Source of the DNA: Antedon mediterranea
Taxonomy: Eukaryota > Animalia > Echinodermata
Length of the DNA: 64,000 nt
Assembly (NCBI RefSeq): GCF_964355755.1
Contig: NC_092678.1
Span: 5,224,422 to 5,288,421 of the forward strand
Reading direction: 5' to 3'
The translations under genes were made by a program, and so were the position numbers. Every line of letters starts with the position of its first letter. The stretch's first letter is position 1. The notes under the pieces are model-generated. The model worked only from the letters and a program-made list of their open reading frames with translations. It made no database searches and was not told where the DNA came from. This document shows, piece after piece, positions 48,540 through 64,000 of the stretch.

Positions 48540-51432
48540 CAATTCAATATAATAAAAATGTACCTGGTTTGGATTCGAACCCTTTCTAAACCGGCAACGT
48601 TTTAGATCATCCAAGTGCAGTGGTCTTAACCACCTGAGCCACTTTGAATTTCGATGGATCGCCGCAAATTCTAAGATACTTTATACATTGTAATTGACTC
48701 AATTTATATATAAATTTAAATGTACCGGGTTGGATTCGAACCCCTTCTAAACTGGCAAAGGTTTAGATCCAAGTGCAGTGGTCTTAACCACCTGAGCCAC
48801 TTTGGATTTCGATGGATCGCCGCAAATTCTAAGATACTTTATACATTGTAATTGACTCAATTTATATATAATTTTAAATGTACCTTGTTGGATTCGAACC
48901 CCTTCTAAACGGGCAAAGGTTTAGATCCAAGTGCAGTGGTCTTAACCGCCTGAGCCACTTGGGATTTCGATGGATCGCCGCAAATTTTAAGATACTTTAT
49001 ACATTGTAATTGACTCAATTTAAATATAAATTTAAATGTACCAGGTTGGATTCGGACCCCTTCTAAACGGGCAAAAGTTTAGATCCAAGTGCAGTGGTCT
49101 TAACCACCTGAGCCACTTTGGATTTCGATGGATCGCCGCAAATTCTAAGATACTTTATACATTGTAATTGACTCAATTCAATATAATAAAAATGTACCTG
49201 GTTGGATTCGAACCCTTTCTAAACCGGCAATGGTTTAGATCCAAGTGCAGCGGCCTTAACCACCTGAGCCACTTGGGATTTCGATGGATCGCCGCAAAAT
49301 TCTAAGATGCTTTATACATGGTAATTGACTCAATTTATATATAAATTTAAATGTACCTGGTTGGATTCGAACCCCTTGTAAACTGGAAAAGGTTTAGATC
49401 CTAGTGCAGTGGTCTTAACCACCTGAGCCACTTGGGATTTCGATGGATCGCCGCAAATTCTAAGATACTTTATACATTGTAATTGACTCAATTTAAATAT
49501 AAATTTAAATATACCGGGTTGGATTCGAACCCCTTCTAAACGGGCAAAGGTTTAGATCCAAGTGCAGTGGTCTTAACCACCTGAGCCACTTTGGATTTCG
49601 ATGGATCGCCGCAAATTCTAAGATACTTTATAGGCCTACATTGTAATTGACTCAATTTATATATAAATTTTAATGTACCTGGTTGGATTCGAACCCCTTC
49701 TAAACGGGCAAAGGTTTAGATCCAAGTGCAGTGGTCTTAACCGCCTGAGCCACTTGGGATTTCGATGGATCGCCGCAAATTTTAAGATACTTTATACATT
49801 GTAATTGACTCAATTTAAATATAAATTTAAATGTACCAGGTTGGATTCGGACCCCTTCTAAACGGGCAAAAGTTTAGATCCAAGTGCAGTGGTCTTAACC
49901 ACCTGAGCCACTTTGGATTTCGATGGATCGCCGCAAATTCTAAGATACTTTATACATTGTAATTGACTCAATTCAATATAATAAAAATGTACCTGGTTGG
50001 ATTCGAACCCTTTCTAAACCGGCAATGGGTTAGATCCAAGTGCAGCGGCCTTAACCACCTGAGCCACTTGGGATTTCGATGGATCGCCGCAAAATTCTAA
50101 GATACTTTATACATGGTAATTGACTCAATTTATATATAAATTTAAATGTACCTGGTTGGATTCGAACCCCTTGTAAACTGGAAAAGGTTTAGATCCTAGT
50201 GCAGTGGTCTTAACCACCTGAGCCACTTGGGATTTCGATGGATCGCCGCAAATTCTAAGATACTTTATACATTGTAATTGACTCAATTTAAATATAAATT
50301 TAAATATACCGGGTTGGATTCGAACCCCTTCTAAACGGGCAAAGGTTTAGATCCAAGTGCAGTGGTCTTAACCACCTGAGCCACTTGGGATTTTGATGGA
50401 TCGCCGCAAATTCTAAGATACTTTATACATTGTAATTGACTCAATTTATATATAAATTTAAATGTACCTGGTTGGATTCGAACCCCTTCTAAACGGGCAA
50501 AGGCTTAGATCCAAGTGCAGTGTTCTTAACCACCTGAGCCACTTGGGATTTCGATGGATCGCCGAAAATTCTAAGATACTTTATACATTGTAATTGACTC
50601 AATTTATATATAAATTTAAATGTACCGGGTTGGATTCGAACCCCTTCTAAACGGGCAAAGGTTTAGATCCAAGTGCAGTGGTCTTAACCACCTGAGCCAC
50701 TTGGGATTTTGATGGATCGCCGCAAATTCTAAGATATTTTATACATTGTAATTGACTCAATTTATATATAAATTTAAATGTACCTGGTTGGATTCGAACC
50801 CCTTCTAAACGGGCAAAGGCTTAGATCCAAGTGCAGTGTTCTTAACCACCTGAGCCGCTTGGGATTTCGATGGATCGCCGAAAATTCTAAGATACTTTAT
50901 ACATTGTAGTTGACTCAATTTATAAATACATTTAAATGTACCGGGTTGGATTCGAACCCCTTCTAAACGGGCAAAGGTTTAGATCCAAGTGCAGTGGTCT
51001 TAACCACCTGAGCCACTTGGGATTTTGATGGATCGCCGCAAATTCTAAGATACTTTATACATTGTAATTGACTCAATTCAATATAATAAAAATGTATCTG
51101 GTTGGATTCGAACCCTTTCTAAACCGGCAAAGGTTTAGATCCAAGTGCAGTGGTCTTAACCACCTGAGCCACTTGGGATTTCGATGGATCGCCGCAAATT
51201 CTAAGATACTTTATACATTGTAATTGACTCAATTCATATATAAATTTATACAATTATATTGGTACCTGGTTGGATTCGAACCTCTTCTAAACGGTCAAAG
51301 GTTTAGATCCAAGTGCAGTGGTCTTAACCACCTGAGCCACCTGGGATTTCGATGGATCGCCGCCAATTCTAAGATACTTTATACCACAATGTAATTGACT
51401 CAATTTATATACAAATTTAAATGTACTGGGTT
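48540..51432 (-). repeat. Tandem array of 18 x ~158-bp units, each with a tRNA-derived Pol III A/B-box module on the minus strand
   Basis: Minus-strand core CCCAAGTGGCTCAGGTGGTTAAGACCACTGCACTTGGATCTAAACCTTTGCCCGTTTAGAAGGGGTTCGAATCCAACCAGGTACA: A box TGGCTCAGGTGG, B box GGTTCGAATCC. Confidence 0.9.
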
Positions 51433-51433
51433 G

Positions 51434-52440
51434 GTCCAATATCAGGTAGCTCACGTCCAATATCAGGTAGCGCACGTCCAATATCAGGTAGCTCACGTCC
51501 AATATCAGGTAGCCCACGTCCAATATCAGGTAGTTCACGTCCAATATCAGGTAGCTCACGTCCAATATCAGGTAGCTCACGTCCAATATCAGTAGCTCAC
51601 GTCCAATATCAGGTAGCGCACGTCCAATATCAGGTAGCTCACGTCCAATATCAGGTAGCTCACGTCCGTCCAATATCAGGTAGCTCACGTCCAATATCAG
51701 GTAGCTCACGTCCAATATCAGGTAGCGCACGTCCAATATCAGGTAGCGCACGTCCAATATCAGGTAGCGCACGTCCAATATCAGGTAGCGCACGTCCAAT
51801 ATCAGGTAGCTCACGTCCAATATCAGGTAGCTCACGTCCAATATCAGGTAGCTCAAGTCCAATATCAGGTAGCGCACGTCCAATATCAGGTAGCGCACGT
51901 CCAATATCAGGTAGCGCACGTCCAATATCAGGTAGCGCACGTCCAATATCAGGTAGCTCACGTCCAATATCAGATAGCGCACGTCCAATATCAGGTAGCG
52001 CACGTCCAATAATATCAGGTAGCGCACGTCCAATATCAGGTAGCTCACGTCCAATATCAGGTAGCTCACGTCCAATATCAGGTAGCGCACGTCCAATATC
52101 AGGTAGCTCACGTCCAATATCAGGTAGCGCACGTCCAATATCAGGTAGCGCACGTCCAATATCAGGTAGCTCACGTCCAATATCAGGTAGCTCACGTCCA
52201 ATATCAGGTAGCGCACGTCCAATATCAGGTAGCGCACGTCCAATATCAGGTAGCTCACGTCCAATATCAGTAGCTCACGTCCAATATCAGGTAGCGCACG
52301 TCCAATATCAGGTAGCTCACGTCCAATATCAGGTAGTGCACGTCCAATATCAGGTAGCGCACGTCCAATATCAGGTAGCTCACGTCCAATATCAGGTAGT
52401 GCACGTCCAATATCAGGTAGCGCACGTCCAATATCAGGTA
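51434..52440. repeat. 21-bp minisatellite GTCCAATATCAGGTAGC(T/G)CAC, about 48 copies
   Basis: Direct tandem copies; it accounts for the spurious long ORFs on both strands. Confidence 0.96.
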
Positions 52441-52455
52441 TTTTATTTATATTAT

Positions 52456-53045
52456 TTATTACCTCCGCCAAGGAGGTTATGTTTTCACCTGTATGTTTGT
52501 GTGTGGGTGGGTGTGTGTGTGTGTGTCTGTGAACAGCCTGGAGGCCACAGTTTTTATCCGATTATCGCCAAATTTGGCCACAATGATCTATGCCCCAAAA
52601 GCTCGGACGAGTACGAATTTGAGGGGAAAAGGTCATAGGTCAAGGTCACAACTAACAAAAAACTATATTACTGCCTAGAAACCACAGTTTTTATCCGATT
52701 CTCACCAAACTTAGCCACATATCAATGACTCATCATATAATTGTGGTTAAATTTTGAAGGGTAAGGGTCAAAGATCAAGGTCCACAAAAAAAAAAAGAAA
52801 TAAAAAAATAATTAAAAAGAAAAACCTCAGCAGGGCTTGAACCAGCGATCTCAACTGTGAGAGGCTAGATACATAACCATTACACCAAACTCTCATCCAC
52901 AACTTTGTAGTGTGCAGTTAGCCTATTTACACTTAGAAATAATTTTAAAAAAAATTAAAAAATATATATATATTTTCCGGGGACATTTTATGTAGGGGAA
53001 TTTTACCGTAGGCGGAGGGTTGTACTCTCGGAGTACCCTCTAGTT
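52456..53045 (+). mobile_element. Helentron-associated non-autonomous element (HINE/DINE-1-like)
   Basis: 5' TTATTACCTCCGCCAAGGAGGTTATGTTTT, (GT)n microsatellite, core repeats ending GGTCAAGGTCAC, 3' subTIR GGCGGAGG, hairpin GTACTC-TCG-GAGTAC and terminal CTAGTT. Confidence 0.82.
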
Positions 53046-53812
53046 ATATTTATATTTCGGTGTTTTTAAAAAAAAAAGGCCAAATTTCGACCGTATTTGT
53101 TGACTCACTGGTCACTATGTTATTAGATGATGTACAATATATCCTCATATTTAGCAATATTATTGCATAACAATTTTCAAAGATTGGTATTTGGGCCATT
53201 CTTTGAAAAAGTCCCTGTACAGGGATTTTTGTTAAAAAAGAATATTAAAAAATGAAATGGGAATACACTTAAAACACTGCAATTAGTCAAATAATATACA
53301 TAAAGCTTTTTGTAATTATGGTTTAATTAGAATTATATCAATATTTAATAAAATAAGCTAAATTCTTTAACTGATTGATTACAAGTGGTCAAGTATAAAG
53401 CACCAGTTTAGTGTGAAAAGAGTACCAAGATTTCTCTCAATCATACATTATTTTTTAAAAACAAACAACATAATTACAATAAGTACTTTAAAAAATGGGG
53501 TTATTTGTTGTAGTCAATTAAAAAGTATGGCATAGCATGTAACATAACATTTATGTTTGTTGCCATCTACAGTAAAAGTGAATAATTAAAACAGTACATT
53601 TATATCGCAATAATTACCATTCTCCATAGTGTTATAAACTAATACTACTAGTTAGAAGTCTAAAATATGTTGTTCAGTTGACTAATAACACAGTTTCTCC
53701 TAATTCTTTTATTAAGAACATTCTGTTGGGTAAAAGTATGTGTTTCTGCGGCGCGGTACTCATTTCATTCACGATATCTTTAATCCTAGATTGGATGACT
53801 GTAGCGTACGTC

Positions 53813-60214
<6,402 letters not shown>

Positions 60215-60387
60215 CTAATAAACACAAGGAATGATTACAAACAAGTTAGTCTTCATAAAATAATTTGAAAAAATAAATTGACTTTAACAATAGTATGTTG
60301 AAAGCTGTAGTCAAAATTATTCTACCCCATTTCTGTTTGCCCTTTTAGAAATTATTTAGAAAACTATTCATGGGTTAAATCATACAC

Positions 60388-63300
60388 TACCTGATAAACT
60401 TGTACATTGTAATAGACTAAACAGTGAGTTTAAATATACCAACATAACAGTAGTTAATGCAGAAATTGAAGCAGAATTATTTTGACATGATCACTTTGAC
60501 AGGTGTACTTTTACAGTATGTCACCTATTACTATCAATTAAAAACAATGCTAAACCCAACCCAAAAAGGGGCGAACCCAGGGGTGTTGCCCTAGTGGCAC
60601 GGGCAACCCCAATAATTTCATACTAAACGTTGTTTCTGCCACTAAATTAAAATTGAGTCCCATTTCATCATATACATATTTATACGTTATAGAAGTCCAG
60701 TCTGGAAGAGAATATTTGTAAATTGGCAGAATGCATGGCAGTCACCAATTGGCCTACTATATACCACGCACAAATAAGTGTAGATAAGTTTCTGATCATG
60801 CGCAGAATGAATTTCTGATTGACTAGTTGCTTGTGGTGCGCGTGTCATGAGAGTAGGGAGATGTATCTCTTTCTAGATGAGAGGTACGAAAGGAGGCCAA
60901 CACACACTGTGTTCGAGAAAAAATGCAGGTCAAAATATTCTAAATTTAAATTGGCCATATCAAAGTAATATTAAAGTTATTCACTTTAAGTCGAAAATTC
61001 GAGCCAAAAACAACAAGTTTACGTAATTAACAGGTAAATTAATCTTATTACATTTCCTCTGGAAAATCGTCGCTAGCAAAGATTTCAAACCATGAGTATA
61101 CATTATGTATAATGCTAATTAGGATTGTTTACAACACGTCACGCTTGAGAAGGTCACATAGATCGCGAGGAAGTTCTATGATTATGCATACAGAGTAGCC
61201 AAACAAGCACGTTGCATGAGATATGTTTTGATCAAAAACCCTTGACTGGAAGTTAAGTTATTTTTTGAATTTTGTATTTCAGTTAAATAATTTTTTTTCT
61301 GACTAATTTTTGCTGAAAGTTAATAACTATTATGATACTTCAAAATGACCCACTTTTTTTTGGAATTAGTCAAAGGGAAAATACATCTTTAATTGTTAAA
61401 ATTGGTAAAAGAAGTCATGCTGGCGCCAACTAATAGTATTTCTTTGTAACAAAATGTATTTTAAATGGAACGCTACAAAAATAATCGTCCGCTTCATCAC
61501 TGCATGAATACCCAATAACCAGACAAGAACGTATCATTGTTATGTTTTACTTTCAATCCATTTTCGTATCACGCAATCCATTTTTCAACAATATAGTAGT
61601 ATAATAACATTTTGATTGAATAGTGAGGGATTAGTTACAGTTTGACTTTGAATAAACCATTAGTAATTTACTGAAAATCCAAAATGAACTTGTGTTATAA
61701 TACAACAACAAAACAGATTACCTCTAATGGATCAAGCATTCACACATGAACTTTGCGTTAAATAAAATTCACCGACAACCGAAAATAATATAGCCTATAT
61801 TCATTCCTTTTAAATATTAGGCATATTGCAAAGGCTAATAATCGATTTGTCCATAATGATTGCGTTTTACCAGTGGTTTTCCATAATCTAAGGCTAATTT
61901 TTAGGCCAAATCATAATTGTCCGTATAGTTTTGTATTTCGGATGCATGTAGTTACTAGTACCCTATTTATCTTCACTTCTGTACGTCCGTAAATATTAGA
62001 CCAAATTTCCGTAGTAATTCATTGTTTTATTTTAGAGTGTGGTTTAAACAATACCGTTGCAAAGTTTATAGTGGATAAATAAAATTGAATTTTGGAAAAT
62101 GTGGTTTTAACATCTGACTTTATTTAGCATTTAATTCAAAATAATACAATTCAACGTTTTGCTCAATATATTTTTAAAATTATTAATTGATAATTAATTT
62201 ACATTAAATGAGTACAGTTATTAGAATGTATTACCGTACCAAAAGTACCTTAGTTGGGACTTCCCCGTGGCGTTTGCATTGAACGAAACAAAATGTTATC
62301 CTATATTGTTAGTCGCGTATGTTTTATTACCGGTGGAATAATATAGGCTACAATCCTCTGTTTGCTAGCGCACTATAGAGTGAGTGACATTTCCAGCGAA
62401 CTAGAGTTGCAATTTATCATGAATTTTACGTGCGAGAGTACCATTTGCGGCCATCTAGAGGTGTCATTTAACAACTTGCTTGCTCAAATACTCAGTGTTG
62501 GAGTCTTTGGGGAACCCTCTTAAAATAGTCCTGTGACCGCCCCTGCAACATACAGGTGCTCTGTATGTCACCTATTACTATCAATTAAAAACAATGCTAA
62601 ACCCAACCCATGTACTATTTTATTGAGGTTCTGGTTAATCACATCTCATACCAATATATTTCGTAATAGTTTTGTTTTTAGTCGCGTGGAAGCGACTCTG
62701 TAGTTCACTATGTCGGTCGGTCGGTCTGTCTGTCGGTCCGGTATCACTATGCGTTTTATCGCTTTCTGACCTTATCTTGATGTCAGTTTAATCTAGCTAA
62801 GTCAATTTTTCACAGTATATTCATTATGGCCAGGAATCGATGTGGTTATATTTTCACGGTGCGCAATAAAAAATTACGCGGTCTACGCACGATTTAACGA
62901 AATCACGTTTGTAATCATACCTGATAAACTTGTACATTGTAATAGACTAAACAGTGAGTTTAAATATACCAACATAATAGCAGTTAATGCAGAAATTGAA
63001 GCAGAATTATTTTGACATGATCACTTTGACAGGTGTACTTTTACAGTATGTCACCTATTACTATCAATTAAAAACAATGCTAAACCCAACCCAAAAAGGG
63101 GCGAACCCAGGGGTGTTGCCCTAGTGGCACGGGCAACCCCAATAATTTCATACTAAACGTTGTTTCTGCCACTAAATTAAAATTGAGTCCCATTTCATCA
63201 TATACATATTTATACGTTATAGAAGTCCAGTCTGGAAGAGAATATTTGTAAATTGGCAGAATGCATGGCAGTCACCAATTGGCCTACTATATACCACGCA

Positions 63301-64000
63301 CAAATAAGTGTAGATAAGTTTCTGATCATGCGCAGAATGAATTTCTGATTGACTAGTTGCTTGTGGTGCGCGCGTCATGAGAGTAGGGAGATGTATCTCT
63401 TTCTAGATGAGAGGTACGAAAGGAGGCCAACACACACTGTGTTCGAGAAAAAATGCAGGTCAAAATATTCTAAATTTAAATTGGCCATATCAAAGTAATA
63501 TTAAAGTTATTCACTTTAAGTCGAAAATTCGAGCCAAAAACAACAAGTTTACGTAATTAACAGGTAAATTAATCTTATTACATTTCCTCTGGAAAATCGT
63601 CGCTAGCAAAGATTTCAAACCATGAGTATACATTATGTATAATGCTAATTAGGATTGTTTACAACACGTCACGCTTGAGAAGGTCACATAGATCGCGAGG
63701 AAGTTCTATGATTATGCATACAGAGTAGCCAAACAAGCACGTTGCATGAGATATGTTTTGATCAAAAACCCTTGACTGGAAGTTAAGTTATTTTTTGAAT
63801 TTTGTATTTCAGTTAAATAATTTTTTTTCTGACTAATTTTTGCTGAAAGTTAATAACTATTATGATACTTCAAAATGACCCACTTTTTTTTGGAATTAGT
63901 CAAAGGGAAAATACATCTTTAATTGTTAAAATTGGTAAAAGAAGTCATGCTGGCGCCAACTAATAGTATTTCTTTGTAACAAAATGTATTTTAAATGGAA
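60388..64000. repeat. Near-identical direct duplication, offset 2530 bp (60388-61470 = 62918-64000, running off the window edge)
   Basis: CTGATAAACTTGTACATTG at 60391 and 62921; only isolated substitutions seen by eye. Confidence 0.93.
60566..62546. mobile_element. ~2-kb non-autonomous hAT-like TIR element
   Basis: Left end AGGGGCGAACCCAGGGGTGTTGCCC.GGGCAACCCC; right end CCTGTGACCGCCCCTG (CAGGGGCGG-type TIR). No transposase ORF seen. Confidence 0.5.

Noticed and set aside
48540-51432. Functional tRNA-Ser/Leu gene cluster
   Set aside because: A/B boxes are present, but acceptor, anticodon and T stems do not pair convincingly by eye.
51287-52638. 394-aa and 405-aa ORFs on opposite strands
   Set aside because: Stop-free translations of a 21-bp minisatellite, with frame-shifting indels and no splice context.

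Overview
AT-rich, intron-containing animal genomic DNA; it is not prokaryotic. An echinoderm source is inferred from the EGIP-like peptides and the repeat style. Seven genes were reconstructed by hand from GT-AG splice sites and reading frames. On the + strand: the 3' part of a MOV10L1/Armitage-like helicase with an unusual ~740-aa acidic tail, HSD17B8, UXT and a complete CLCA-like protein. On the - strand: two paralogous small secreted EGF-peptide precursors and the 3' half of muskelin (MKLN1). The best finding is the EGF-peptide pair. Gene 1 encodes a 219-aa polyprotein with four near-identical EGF peptides separated by LEAR/LEKR sites, the architecture of sea-urchin exogastrula-inducing peptide (EGIP) precursors. 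Gene 2 is a single-EGF paralogue with the same exon plan. The rest is repeat-dense: a 5.3-kb 44-bp satellite, an 18-copy array of a tRNA-like Pol III A/B-box unit with higher-order structure, minisatellites, MITEs, Helentron/DINE-like elements, LINE remnants, a Penelope-type minimal hammerhead remnant and recent local duplications. All family assignments rest on recalled motifs; no search was run.
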